Notes: generated from the sequence alone by a model not told the origin. A stretch of 49,960 nt of DNA from Hydrurus foetidus (GCA_900617105.1 UYFQ01000229.1:62001-111960); one strand, 5' to 3'. Counted from the stretch's first letter, positions 1-13,171 are shown. Program-made: numbers and translations.

Positions 1-1157
1 CGACAGGTGAAGTGGTTCGAGGACACAGTCAAAGCGTGTCCAGCAAGTGAAGGCTGGCGTGTATTCGTCTTCAGTCATGCACCTCCAATGGGCTCCGGAC
101 TCCGTGTGCTCCAGGAGAATCACGTAGTCAACGGCTGCTGTTGGTTGAACCACAGTGGAAAAAACACTGGCAAATTCATTGAAGTTGTTCGCGAAAACGC
201 ATGCATCAAGGCCTGGTTTTCCGGTCACTTCCACTTGGGTCAGGACTACCAAGACTCCATCACTTTTCCTGAGGGAAACAACAGAGGCAGTTGTGTGTTC
301 GCCCAGACAGCCGTCATGTCTGCCAAATCGAGCAGAGACACTCGTCAGCAGTCTCGTCTTGTCCGCGGAACAAAGAGTGGGTTCACCATCTCCACGATCG
401 ACCACCAGAAGGAGGGCAAAGAGAGACTCGACGCCACTGTCACATACACCACATCAGGTGCTGAGGTAGTATACGCCCACGCCTCTGATGACTTCGACCA
501 TGACAAGTTCTTCGCTGCGTATACTCCTCAACCAGAGGATGGATGTTACGTCGAGAATATTGACGGTGAAATCACTGTAGCTGGCAAGGAGAACTCTGTG
601 TGCTGGTGGCACATGGCCGATGGCAAAGTGCTCGGTGTACACAACGGAATGGTTCTTGAGTACGACGCCTCCACACTCGCACCCCTCGGTCTTGTCGTTG
701 GCAAGGACGAGTTGAAGGGCAGACAGCTAGCAATTGTCGACAGCGGCATCGACGCAGGCAGAAACAAGCTACCCGGCCGTGAACAGGCCGTTATCTTGTA
801 CGATGACGACATGAACGTGACTGTTGTCCAGCCTAACGAGGACGGAAGTTACTGGCGCAAGATCGTCCGCAACAAGGTAAGCATATCTGAAATGTTCTTG
901 GTTACATCTGAGTGACACTCCCATCCATACTCGACTAGCCTCGCACACAATTGTCTAATCTATGTATTGTTTCTTCGCAGGTCGTGCGTATGAGAGAGAA
1001 GAGAAGAGAGAAGGCCGCCATTGACTTCATCAAATCAAACTACGGAGTCGACAAATCCACTGTCGTTGATGTGAAGAGTTCATGGGGCCCATACACCACC
1101 ACTTCCGGAACAGCGAAATCGACCATGGTCCCGGGAATGACGAAAAACATTTTCTGA
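1..1157 (+). CDS. Calcineurin-like metallophosphoesterase, 3' part (exons <7-876 and 981-1157)
   Basis: FSHAP and WFSGHFH metallophosphoesterase motifs; GTAAGC...TTCGCAG intron 877-980 joins IVRNK to VVRMREKRR in frame; TGA at 1155-1157. Confidence 0.75.
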
Positions 1158-2463
1158 ACAATCAGACAACTTCCTTTTCAATATTTGTAGTACCTAGAAA
1201 TCAACTATTTGTATGCCAAGACCGTGGCTCGTTTAACAAAGATGAACATAAACTAAGCGTTGCAATGCTCTGATTTTTATCTGATAATTTTTGCAGTCAG
1301 AGCTTGAACTTTCTCACAGACCAGCTTTTACATGTGACCACAAGAAGACATCCCCGATCATAACTGAATTTGCTGCCACTGCTTTACGAATTTATCACCC
1401 TTGGGACCTTTGAATGAACGATCACCACATGTACTAGTAGACTATTCTTCTTATTTAACTTTCAAAAGTAGAAATCTCGTCGATCGGGTCTGCGTCACAT
1501 TCTTCTTCAGATTTTGCGAAGTTAGCAAATGGTGTTGCACCGTACTCTGTGCCACAACCCCAAGCAAAAGTGGAGACATTTTGATCCTCGAGCCTTCTCA
1601 TCATCTGCGACAGGAGTGGATATCGATGCATGCCTCTCTCCCAAACCTTGTGCTCATCCTGAGAAACTCATAATAGGGTCGGGTCGCCCATCAACACGAA
1701 AGACAGTTGTACTCGTCAAATCACTCTCAATAAACAATAAACCCTCTTTACAAACAAATTGTGATGATTACGAAAACATACAGATAATCATACAATTACT
1801 GTATTTTTCACATTTTCAGAATGCGCGGCAGCTGATCCTCGAAATTTCATTAAAAAAAGGTGGAAGGTACCTAAAGAAAATTAAAAATTGACTCATACGA
1901 CATACGACGACTTTTCGTTCGGTGATGGGATATAGGGGATATATTACGCCATTACGCCCGCAGAATAAAGTGATCGCTTCCCTCTCGCAAAAAATAGAAA
2001 TATTTCTGACATTTTTCATTTTTCTGGGGACTTTTCGTGTAGAATAGCCCTGAAAGTGCTATTCTTGTACCCCTCCCCCCTCCCTCAGTGGAGAGTTTCA
2101 GGGGGAGAAACGATCGGTCATTTTATTCTCTGCGCGTAATATCATATGATATACTGTACAGTATGGGGATGGGGATGGGAGGTGTGGTGTGTGGCACAAC
2201 CAACATACAGAACACGGAATAGAGAATAGGAATACAGACTATACTGTATACAGTCGGAAACTCCAGTAGTCGACAAATGTAAATGGGGGAAACGCCAGCT
2301 GTATCACAGCTCATACATATGTTCGTTTATGGTAAAGGAAGAATTCCATGTGGTTGAAATTCTTTATTTCAGCCTCTGGGAAAAGTTAATAGAGGGCAAA
2401 GTTGAGTGGTGGCGAATCTCGTGGGATTAGTATTGTGGAAAGTCAAGACGTCCCAGTTAGAGC

Positions 2464-2776
2464 GTACATTGTGGCAACCCAATTAATGGTGTACTGAATT
2501 AATAGTTTGATGTACTGAATTAATAGTTTGATGTACTGATCACACCCTAACTCTAGCCCTGACCCTAACCCTGACTCTGACTTTAGCCCTAACACTAACC
2601 CTAACCGTAACCGTAACCCTAATTTTCACCCTAATCCTAACCCTACTCCTGACCTTCAGTGTTGAGTTCAGTACTTCAAACTATCAATTCAGTACACGAA
2701 TCTCTCAATTCAGTACCGTACACGGTAAATTATTTCCGGTACATTGTGGGCCTCTAGACAGAGGGGCCACAATGTA
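2464..2776. repeat. Degenerate interstitial telomere-like (CCCTAA)n tract inside subterminal inverted repeats, followed by a hairpin
   Basis: CCCTAA/CCCTGA/CCGTAA units ~2545-2650; GTACTGAATTAATAGTTTGATGTACTGA (2491-2539, tandem) inverted against TCAGTACTTCAAACTATCAATTCAGTAC (2668-2695); hairpin 2740-2776. Confidence 0.75.
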
Positions 2777-2858
2777 TTTATCCGGCTTTTTCAAGAACTT
2801 ATCCGGTTTTATCTACACCAACTTTTCTCTTTCTCGTGGGGGACTTTTGTCGACTATA

Positions 2859-2957
2859 CCCCACACGGCCCCACACCATACTAAAAAATACAAAAACCGA
2901 GGAACTTTCGCAAATTTTTTGCTTTTTTGTTTTTTAGTATGGTGTGGGCCGTATGGG
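2859..2957. mobile_element. Small foldback/MITE-like inverted repeat
   Basis: CCCACACGGCCCCACACCATACTAAAAAATACAAAAA is nearly the reverse complement of TTTTTGTTTTTTAGTATGGTGTGGGCCGTATGGG. Confidence 0.55.
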
Positions 2958-3007
2958 ATGCTTATTATCATCACTCCATCTGAGATTTTCTGGGAGAAAA
3001 TAGAAAA

Positions 3008-3171
3008 TATTGTGCCGGTCAAAACTAAACGGTGCTGCAAAGATTTATTTCGCGGCATATTCGTGTTTTTGACCGCAGAATCAAAGTAACTGTTATTTTG
3101 ACCTGTGTCAAAAACACGAGCAAACCTCCTCGCAAAATAAATTCTCCTGTTTAGTTTTGACCGGCACAATA
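3008..3171. mobile_element. MITE with 23-bp perfect inverted termini
   Basis: TATTGTGCCGGTCAAAACTAAAC (3008-3030) / GTTTAGTTTTGACCGGCACAATA (3149-3171); same outer 14 bp as the element at 13478-13681. Confidence 0.8.
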
Positions 3172-3375
3172 GTATCATTTTATTCTGCTTTGGTAATATA
3201 GGAGATCCGACTGTACTGTACTGTTGGAAGTGAAAGAAAACAGTTAAAACAACTTTTGCCCGATTTTTGATACCCCTGATCGGAATGTGAGCCTGTAGCC
3301 TGTACTGTGTACTGGAAGTCCACCAAAAATGAAGTAACCCGGAGGAGTATCCGACGAATAATACGGTGGATATTG

Positions 3376-3670
3376 TGTTGATGCCGCTGGTTTGAATGCT
3401 GCACCAAATGTGAAACGAATGAACGTGTTTCACGAGTGTTGGATTTAAATTATGCGAGATGAGAGTCAATGCGCATGACTAACTGTTGGTGCGATTGAGA
3501 GTGTTTGGAAATGATAGTTGCGTACGATGTGGATTGTATGTACGACATGCATGGTATGTATGTACGACATGCTTGGTATGTACGCTGCGTACGGTGTGTG
3601 TTACATGTGCTGTACGTGCGCCATGGTATGTACGGGGTGTGTTACATGTGTTGTGCGTGCGCTATCAACA
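3376..3670 (-). repeat. 3' LTR of Copia A
   Basis: Direct repeat of 13183-13477; preceded on the minus strand by the purine-rich GGTTAGGGTG. Confidence 0.93.
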
Positions 3671-3990
3671 CACCCTAACCATAACATGCGAGTTTGTGAA
3701 CAAGTAGTAAAAATTGGGCCTTGTAATCAGCGTGATTTGGCGCAACTGGTTAGGGGCATGCCAGTTGCAATTGAGAGGCCCGCGGTCCGAACCTCTCATC
3801 TGTACGAGGAGTTATCGGCCGTCAGGGTAGTAGGGGTGTCGACCGGAAGGTGAATGCCCCGATCCGCCGCTGACTATTGGGAATTCTTAAATGGGGGACG
3901 CCCAACCACAGGCTCTTCGGCAACTGAGCACGTCACCAAGGCGGTAGGGGAAGGCACGCATTTTACTTAGTGAAGTTTTGATAACTTTTA

Positions 3991-4245
3991 CTATTGAGCC
4001 GACCACTGAGCTGCTCGGGCAACTGACGAGGAGAGATGGGGTGAGAAAGAAGCTGGAGGTGTGTGCACTAGGAGTGGCATAAGTGATTGATGCGCGTGAA
4101 CTGGAAGCGGCTTTGCAAAAAAGTCTGCAAGGTTGTCGGCACCCTTGCGCCAAGCAACAATGAATTGCTGCTGTTGGATGCGATCTCGTATCCAGTGATA
4201 TCGCATGTCGATGCTTTTAGTACGTTTTGGTTTGATGGTGTCCAA
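3991..4245 (-). pseudogene. pol: Copia A RNase H C-terminal fragment
   Basis: KRTKSIDMRYHWIRDRI...NLADFFAKPLP, closely similar to the end of element B pol. Confidence 0.9.
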
Positions 4246-5349
4246 CGCGATCCCGACGGCGCATTTATGAGTTCTTTTGAACGAGTAATATCATTTCGTA
4301 CTCATCGAGTCATCCCATGCCACACCATTCATGCAATATATTACATGAAATGGAGCCAAATACAGCTATTAGTCGTAATAATACGATTATTATTATATGA
4401 TTTACACTCATTTCCATTTCCTCTTACATAAACATATACTCACTGTATAATGGCTTTATAAAGTTAATAACTTTTGTAATACATCGAGTTCATCGACCCC
4501 ACTTCATACCCATGATCATGATACATATACATAGTGGTTTCATATCATGTTGGATAGTAGTTAAACATTTGGCTACATTTTAATGGTGTGTAAGTTCTTT
4601 TTTACGTACACAGCACTTCTATTTAATTTACTACATTGTTGGTTTGAGTATATCAAAGCCCAGAACATTTTATCGTACTTCACTGCTTTTATTCAATTCT
4701 CCATAATGTTAACATCATCATCCATGAAATATATGAACATTGTCCGCGATAAAATTATTTATACAACTTTTAAGGTACTTAGTACAGGTATTCAAGTCCT
4801 TAAAGTGCTGATAATATTACTGAATGCTTCTCCAGAACATTTTTGTAATACTTAAATGCTTTTATTCTACTCTCACTTAGTATGCTAACATCATCATCTA
4901 TGTAACATAATGTGAATATTGGGCGAGGTTCATTATTTACACAACCTTGAAGGTACCCAGTACAGGTATTCAAGGCATTGATCACAACACTCTCAATTTC
5001 TGATCATGTTCTGTAGCTCTAAATACCACGTATTACGCATAATAAATCACTCAATTAGTCTAATCGTGACGAAAACTTTTCAAAAATCTACAAAAAGGTA
5101 TCTCTGTGTATCCAGGGACAATCTTGCTCATTCCAGGGATTATCGCGCGGTAACCGGGTACAGCAAGATATCCCAGTAAAAAAATCAGCGAGAAGAGCCA
5201 AAAATATCTAAATTTGTCATTTTTAAAACTGTGATTCCGAAGCCAATATGTCGATTCAAAACGTGAAAATAATCTAGGGTTGTTTGTCTCGTCGAGACAA
5301 ACAAAATAAGATCATCTCCGGCAAAACAGGTATTATCTTGTACCTTGCG

Positions 5350-8300
5350 AGATGGCTTTATATCTTCGTTAGTGACAACTTTACTGATAGATTTTTCTTC
5401 ATTTTGATTATATACATATACACCATTTGATATGTATCCACGAATAATCTCAACTCCTAATTTATCTATTAATGCTAATGCTTCTCTAATAGATTCGATT
5501 GAAAAACATCTCATTCCTTCTGATATAAATATAACAACATTTTGTGATTTAGACATTCCGCAATTACATAGTTGGGAGATTGAAATTAGTGTTTCCTTCA
5601 TCCCTTCCATAAGTATAATGTCGAGACCCAATGGTCCATATAGTCCTGTCGCTTTTGATTCTATGGCGGGACCGAAAGCTGGAGTTGCTTTGATACCCTG
5701 ACCATATATTATGTGACGTAGGAGTGTAGGATCAGAAGTGGCACATGTTGACGCACCAGAGTCGAATATTATTTGCCCTTGCATTTTCATTGATTTAATA
5801 TTATGATTTATTCTTAGAGATTTCAATTGGTTTTCTATTGGTTGAATATTAGTATTTTCATTAATTTCATTTGATTCGTTCATCTTGTCATTATCTTCAG
5901 ATTCATTTAATTTTAGTCTTTTTGAATCATGTTCTTTTATTAAACTTTCAAATTTATTTTTATATCTAATTTGTCTTTCTTCCAAGTTTTCATTTGCATT
6001 TTCATCATCATAATCACTAATATCTTTTTCAAATTCTGTTATTGCATCTTTATATACTACATGTTCTTCACCTTCATTTATATTCCTATCTACTTCTGGT
6101 TCTGGTTCCGGTTGATTCACATCATAACCCTTTAATTTTCTATATTTTCCAAGCTGATCATAATCTACAATTCTTACACCTCCAACATATTCAATGTATT
6201 TCGGTAATATTAAATGGAGATGATTTAATAGAGTCCATTGATATTGGACTATCAGGAATATCAACTCTATCATATGACATATCACTTGATTCATTATCAC
6301 TTTCACTTTGATCTGATGTATGTACATACATTGGAGACAATTCTTCAGTTGTTCTTGTTACTACATCCACATCAAAAATCGGTGATTGAGCTCTGTCATA
6401 TAAGACTGTTATCCTTGATTTTTTGACCAATTCTTTTGACGATTGAAGTGAGTGTATTAATTCATCTAATTCAGTCGTTAATGTTGATGACAGTGTTCTT
6501 TTTACCAAGTCATTTATTGGTCTTACTAGTCTTGCTATTACTAGGAAGGCATCTCTAATTCCAAACATAACAAATGATGGATCATTTTCTTTAAGTATAT
6601 CCATTTTTAGTGTTCTTCTTAATAAGTCTTCTTTATCCAGAGTTGATTTCTCATGGTAATACCCAACATGTTGTCCAGCAAATGCGACAAAGTCGAATAT
6701 GATTGCGTGCAAAACTGTATCAATGAATAGTGTATTATTAATTACTTCATTGAATTGTGTGTATTGATCAAGACGTTTAATTACTTCCGCATATTCACTA
6801 ACACAAGTCATTTGAGACCAATAGTGTCCTGGTCTCGTTGAGGGAATGTATTTTTCCGTCACCCCGTCAATACAGTATGGATTGAATTTCATAAAGTGAT
6901 GAGGTCCGGCCTTTTCATCAGCAGGAGGGAGAACTATACATGCTTGTAATAATGTGGCTCCTATCTGATACATCAGGTGCATCCATTTAACTGTTGGAGT
7001 TCTGATATCCTTTCTACGTGTAGTAGATGGATTTTTATGCCACCCAAAAAGATCAGTGTATTGATTTGCTCTTTCTTGATTATCCTTGATTGTTCTTTTG
7101 TTTTTGAATAAGAAGATATAAGGAACTATTGTTGTCGCAGGATCATTTCTATTATATTCCATTACATATAAATGAAACAAATAGTATTGTTCGGCTAATA
7201 ATATTGAGGCATTTATTGCCCTTTGGGGAATAGAGCATGCAGAATAATCATTTTGTACATTTTGGAGTAGAGATCTTTGACGACTTTTCATTTCATTTTG
7301 ATTCATTTTTCGATTGTAAATTTTTTTTTATATTCTTGATTTTGCCTATCGGTTTTTATTGTTCTTTGATCATTTGGTGTTATTCGCACTCTCATTAAAG
7401 TATTGTGTTTGTCTTCATTTGAGTGATAAGGTGGTGCAGAAGGGTTACCCCAACTTGAGAATGCACGCACTTGATGTTCAGTTTCACTATCTTATCGCAT
7501 CCAATTTAATCTTTTAATTTGCGCTTTTGAATATCCACCCCGTATACTTGGGTCACCAACCTTTGGTCCTACTGAGTCAATTTGTGCTTGAGTTAAATCA
7601 AATTGTACTGACTTTTTGTAAGGAATTGTATTTGGTTGTGGTTGTTGGATTTTATTTTCATTGTCTGGATTCATTTCATGCTTGTATTTGCATGTTGGTC
7701 TGTTACAAGTTCCTTTTTGAAATCCAAAACAATATCCACCATTTTTAACCGGTCTTTTATTTTCTCCACTATTGTCCGGTAATGATCTTGCATCTTGAAT
7801 TTTATTTTTGTTATTAATATCATAGTTATAATTTGGATTATATTGTGTTTGTTTCCCCGGATTTTGTGGCGGATTTGACAAAGATTGATATTGATTTAAC
7901 TTTGCTTGAGACTGATTTTGAATTGTATTTTGATATAGAGAATATTCAGAACTACTTGACGTTTCAGGAAAAGATGTTACACTCGCCATGCGAATGACCG
8001 CTGTTTCAGGCGGCATTGCATCTGCGACTCTCAACATAATTCCCATCGACTCATTATAACTTGTGTTATTCACGACACATGCAGCAAATGATGAAGCGAT
8101 CTTAGGTCTTGGGTCAGAATCTAACCGATCTGATACCCAAGCCATTTTCTCGACGTCATTCATCATTCTACTCTGTGCGTGTTCTAGATTAGAGAATAAT
8201 TGTTCCCATTTAGAATATTCTAATCTAAAATGAACACTTGGATTTATTTGGTAGGTGTCCAACGCTCTTCTTGCGAATTTGACGTCCTGTTGTTTTTGAC

Positions 8301-9360
8301 CGAATATGTAATTGATCATGTCCCGATAAGATTCAATTCCGTTTCGTAACTTCTGATTTCTTATTGATATATTATGATGCAAAGTTTTGGAAAACATAAT
8401 GTAAACTAGTGAAAAGAGTCTATCATTATCATGAATATAATGGAATGCATCATCTTCCTCTAGAACTACTCTCTCTATTATGGGCTCCGATGATATTGTG
8501 TCTATCGATTTCTCATCCTCATATTCTACTCTAGGTACTAGTATAATCTTCCTAGTCTTGAATCCATGAGTATTTTCCTCTGTCATTATTGGCTCGGTAC
8601 GATGACCTTCAATAAGGGTGAGTAACCCCGTTGTTGATAATACCGAATGTGACATACGCAAACGATGAAATTTGTCTGGAGTATTTATATCAATAACATA
8701 TTTCCCTATTTCAGATATTAGGACAGTGGAATTCCTTTGATAATGTATTCTTTTGACCATTTTATTGCATGGTTTCTTTTTGGAATATTGAATCTCTTGT
8801 TCCTCATCACTGCTACTACTATCTATATCCCAGAATTCTGATTGCCTTGGCGTCGATCCGATTTTGTTGTTGTTATTATTATTAGAGTTCTTTCGACCCT
8901 TCATTGTCGTTATTGAGGACTCGCTCGAAAAATTTTTGCGAGGGTTTCCCCCGTTATTCAATCTACTCGAAATTTTACTACTACTAATGGACGACTCATC
9001 ATCGGACGGCACAGGACTTGACGGACAGAGGTTGAGGTAAATCGCTCTCATCTCAGTGCTCCTAGACGAGGGTTGATCGCCTAGCGGCAGATCCACCCTT
9101 GGCGCGATGTTGATTAACCCTAGCGGGTTATCTATAATCGGGCTCTCATCTCTTAGCAACTGGATTTAAGCGATCCGTCTATCTAAAGCTGCCCGGAATT
9201 GAGGGCTTTCCTCATCGATTACAACACCGATGGGAGGCTCCTCAATTCCTAATGCAGGAATCAGGGGGAGAGTAGGGATTAGTGGTTCAGGATTGGGCTG
9301 CGGTGGCTCGTCGTCTTCTTCTGACGAGAATGGCCCCGGGCCTTTCCTTCCTTTTGCCAT
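5350..9360 (-). pseudogene. Disrupted gag-protease polyprotein of element C with CCCH zinc finger
   Basis: ORFs 9166-9360 and 7492-9159 share a frame across a TAA; CFGFQKGTCNRPTCKYKH; frameshifts near 7325 and ~6200; catalytic Asp of DSGAS at 5761-5763. Confidence 0.7.
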
Positions 9361-9409
9361 CTTTAACTTGGACGGAGGCTCTATAAAACTATCGGAGAAG
9401 TCTTGGACA

Positions 9410-9424
9410 CTTCAATCGCTACCA
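9410..9424 (-). promoter_or_regulatory. Canonical tRNA(iMet)-like primer-binding site of element C
   Basis: TGGTAGCGATTGAAG directly after the LTR end ...CACA; compare Ty1 PBS TGGTAGCGCC. Confidence 0.6.
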
Positions 9425-9649
9425 TGTGAGTTGCCACGGGTTGGCACGAAGTCGGGAGGACATATCGTGGATGGCCAAATGAAGATGGGAAGGTTTGGTT
9501 AGTAAATTCGATTTAAGAATTAGAAACTGGCACGGAGGCCACAAAGCATAAAATCATGTTGCACATCATTTCTACCTGCCGTACAATAATAAGATCTCAA
9601 TCGTCATGCGCATGCAATTTGACTGGCTCTCGTAGATTTACATCTACGT

Positions 9650-9966
9650 TGTTGTATAGGCGAGATAGTAGCTACTCAACTGTAAATATGACGTTTGTAC
9701 TAAAAGCTAGACTTTTGGTACCAAGTACCGGATAAATACTATACAGCTGTGGTTATTATGGTGTAACAATGGCAATATACGTGATACGAATTGGCATTGA
9801 GGAAGCGACTTGGTGCACATTGCACACCAATAACAATCTACAAAATGTGTTTACTTATGATATCCTATCATGCTAATTGTTGATTATACAAATGATAATA
9901 TACGGCTATAACTAGCACTTATCGCTGTTATATACCGATAACTACTATATCTGCTGCTATACAACA
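9650..9966. mobile_element. Probable solo LTR inserted in the LTR of element C
   Basis: 10-bp inverted termini TGTTGTATAG...CTATACAACA; near-TSD TACGT/GACGT. Confidence 0.6.
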
Positions 9967-10125
9967 GACGTAACTACGTTAGTGGTATCCTTTTGGGTAT
10001 CGTTACATGTCGACATTGAATGGACACAGGAGACGTTGCTCTTCGAAGAAGATTGACCAAGCAAAACGCTCTTCTTATATGGGTACTCTTGTACTCCATA
10101 TGTTACCCTCTTTTTAGAGGTAGGT

Positions 10126-10713
10126 TTACCGCGTGATAGACTTGACTTCAGCTGTATCTGATTCGGCACCCAACGCTATCATTTGACGCGTATACTTATG
10201 TTGATACATGGGATCAAGTTTCAACAAAGCTTCTTTCTTATCGAATTCGCGTTTGCGTGCATCGCTTCTCTTTTTGTTCCCCGCACTCAGCTCTGGAGAG
10301 ATGCCGAAAGCAAACGGAGTTAAAGACCAAAAATCATATTTATTTACCGTCTTACGGCTAAACAAAATTTCAATTTCAATTTTTCTATTCACCCTCATGG
10401 GTAAGCTGATGCTCTGGCATTCGCCATCGTAAGAATGAAAAACGATTTTTAAATCGCAAATTTCGTTATTTAAATAACATTGACCATCGAGGCCGCTGCA
10501 AACAGTGATAGCTGTAGGAGTGGGGTAACAAAGGTGAGTGACATTCAATTTTACTAACATAGTAAAAGAAATAAAATCCTCTGAATAGTTCGCGGTGTCC
10601 AACACGGCTCTTCCAACGGCTCGCAGCTCGCTTGCTGGGCCAGTCCTTTCCTTATCCTGCACGATAACAGTTACGTTGAGGTGATGAGAAGGAAGGACAG
10701 ATGGATCATGCAA
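10126..10713 (-). pseudogene. Retroelement aspartic protease fragment
   Basis: AVLDTA motif, then FIS and a later IEILFSR segment resembling the retropepsin ILG motif. Confidence 0.55.
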
Positions 10714-10763
10714 AAATTCTTCACGAATAATTACATGTGGCTATTCTTCAACATGACTATCCA

Positions 10764-12278
10764 TCAGATTATGGGAATCATTGTTAAAGACAGCAGCCAC
10801 GTCATCAGAATAAAGGTTCTTACCTTGATCCTGACCTGAACTGGAGGAGGAGGGAGGGTTGTTTCCCTGTGGGGGGTTGTATTTGTTTCTCCTGCCACCG
10901 GATCCACGACCCTGGTTTTGGTTTGCATTGGGGTTGTATCCTCCCCTTTGCTTTCCTCTACCCCCTCCATGGTTGCCATGGTAACCACCGTGGTTCCCCT
11001 GGTTTTGGTTATACCCCCCTTGTCCCTGGTTGGAACGATCTGAACCACCAGACGCATTGGGGTTGTTACCGCCACCATGGCTGTTTTTGGGGCGCTTGTT
11101 GTCGTTAGCATCAAGTAGGGTTTAGAACCCTTAGGGAGTAACAGAACGCGATCTTCGTATCCGGGGAGTACGAGATGCTGTTGCCATTCTGTGAACCCTA
11201 CCGCTGCCCAAGCCATACCCAATGTGGAATCCTCCCAATCAGCCGAATGGTCTGTATTGGAGTCGGAGTAATACAGGATGGGACGGTCAGTCAACATGTG
11301 CGACTTAGACCCGCACGAGCAGCACGCTAGCAAGTTCGGTACGAACGGCACTTCCGTCGACGCACGGACAGCGAGTCCGTGCTGAGTCGGAATGTACGAG
11401 CCTGTTGTACGCACAGTCGTGTTAAGTGACTTAGACGTCCCGGATGGAGTAGGTGAGGGTGCCTTAACACTTGCTCTACTTGTCTCTTTTTTACCAACCT
11501 CAGGCGGAATAGCCGATGAAGGGAACGAGTATACTACCTCCGGGTTGCCGTAGCTCTTGATGAGGTTCGTCATCGACCTAGCCTCGGCCAGAACCTGACC
11601 AATGCGTAGCATAGTCTTTAACCACGTCCACGTGTTAGGTGGTGAGGTGTCAGCTGCTTTCGCTCTCAGGTAGTCTTGTTGAATTTGACTACCCTTAGCT
11701 AGGCGCTTCTCCAAGATCTGAACAAGCTCAGCATGCTGAGTCATAGTCAGAGGGCCCTTGGACCTCTCATAGTTGCTCACTAATTCATTGTAGCGAATAA
11801 AAGTGGCATTCTCATGATCGTGGTTAGCGATCTGGTAGTGGAAGGGAATTTGGCTAAAACTCTCTGTCAAAGTACACTCCCCCAAACCGTTTGGGCAAAA
11901 GTTCTTCACTACTAGAGTGGCTACCTGAGTCACCGATAATACGGTGAACCAATCATGACGTCGTCGACGATCAATGATGTTGAATTCAGGATCGACTAAG
12001 GTTTTGAAGTTCAATAGTTCGATTGCCTGCTTCTGCATACAGTCCGTCAACTTCATGTTGGGATTGCGTTGAGCCTGTTCGTAGAACTCAATGGCATCAG
12101 CTTCATCAATGAAGTTGTGTCTGAGCACGAATACCTCACTCTGGAGTTGCATCGTAAGCGAGCTGTTACCAAACAGTGAGCTGTTGGTTGGAATAGTCTC
12201 ATTGAGGGCAGCCAACGCTGCGAGACGAGCAATCTCCTCCTCATCAGGAGGTGGTGGAGATGGAGGTGCGGCTGACAT
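10764..12278 (-). pseudogene. gag: Gag-like ORF (frameshifted near the C-terminus)
   Basis: 504-aa ORF with degenerate CX2CX4HX4C upstream of a protease ORF. Confidence 0.55.
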
Positions 12279-13042
12279 ATCGTTACTAGATATGTATCTC
12301 GCTTAAACACAGCAGAGATCAATCCCCTCTTGTCAAAAAAAATTGCAAGGGGTTTGCCTTGTTCGCTAACGGGTACTGTAACGTCAGTAACAACGTGTTA
12401 AAGGATTCTAACCAACTCTTGAACTGAAAAGTCCAATGGCTTAAGAGCCAAATTTTGAGTGGCAGAAAATGTGGATACCTTTTAAGGTATACGCTGCTGC
12501 TTTTCAGCGACAAGAAGACATCTCTTGACTAATCTTATGTCGGCGGTGATGAATCCGTGATTCAATCGACCGTTAGAGCAGATCTTTAATAAATCTCGGG
12601 AAGGATCTTTCGACTTCGACCGGAAACTTAAAGAATGGAAGAGCCCAAACTTAGGGATTCCAAGAAAGCAGGTATGCTGACTTTCTCTAACTTAAACTAA
12701 GGTTCTCTGAGCTCAAAGCTGCAAGAGAAGTCGGCCGTGGCGGACAATAGATCGCTCAGAAGTCTTATCTAAAAGTTGAGGACAAGTAGATGGACTGAGA
12801 GGTAGTAGAAGAAAGCGCGGACGAATAGCGCTATTGTAGTCCTGATGGAGAAGAAGATGGGCAGAAGAGCGGGTTGTGCTTAGGTTACAGGCTAGGCTAG
12901 AAGCTAGTTAACTTCTACGAGTAGGCTGCAGCTAGCTAGCTAGTCGTGGTAGGGCTGTATGTGTACTGTAGGCGGAAGGATCGGGTGGATCGTGACGAGG
13001 TCTGGTACGGCCCGTAGGCCCGGTATACCCGGTACGACCACA

Positions 13043-13159
13043 CAGGCCATGCTGGTATACAGTGGTACATGCAGCACCGTAGGCAGCGACGGCTGCACGA
13101 TAGAACAATCGAAATTGCTGGCGAAGTTGATCCATGAGAGTCACCGGGAACGAGGCCAT
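13043..13159 (-). pseudogene. gag: Copia A gag N-terminus
   Basis: MASFPVTLMDQLRQQFRLFYRAAVAAYGAACTTVYQHGL aligns with B gag MVTFPVTILEIPRQQFRLFNRAAVAAYGAACTTIHQHGL. Confidence 0.9.
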
Positions 13160-13171
13160 GATGACAGAAAC

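Larger units (their letters stand above)
5350..10007 (-). mobile_element. 5' half of Copia-like element C (5' LTR ~9425-10007, tRNA-type PBS, long gag-protease ORF), 3' truncated
   Basis: Candidate LTR TGTAAC...CTCACA followed directly by TGGTAGCG (Ty1 tRNAiMet-like PBS); ORF with Copia-type protease IIFDSGAS and pre-integrase-like G...NGVY motif. Confidence 0.7.
10008..13042 (-). mobile_element. 5' fragment of a Gypsy-like LTR element (LTR/leader, gag, protease) inserted in the gag of A
   Basis: A gag breaks after QHGL at a new TGTGGTC terminus (13042); gag-like ORF 10764-12278 has a decayed knuckle CCSCGSKSHMLTDR; ORF 10126-10713 has retropepsin-like AVLDTANYSEDFIS. No RT or integrase remains, so the superfamily is tentative. 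Confidence 0.6.

Noticed and set aside
2545..2650. True chromosome end
   Set aside because: Repeats are short, degenerate and internal
3486..3853. Cys/Val/Tyr-rich ORFs (also 13293-13698)
   Set aside because: Translations of short tandem repeats in the A LTR
9557..9966. Alternative LTR boundaries for element C (TGTTG...CAACA)
   Set aside because: No PBS follows it; 9650-9966 has better inverted termini with a near-TSD, and 9425 is followed by a TGG PBS
12470..13042. Self-priming site in the Gypsy-like fragment
   Set aside because: With only one LTR its end cannot be fixed (12835 or 12470), and neither candidate is followed by a clear LTR-complementary or tRNA-type sequence
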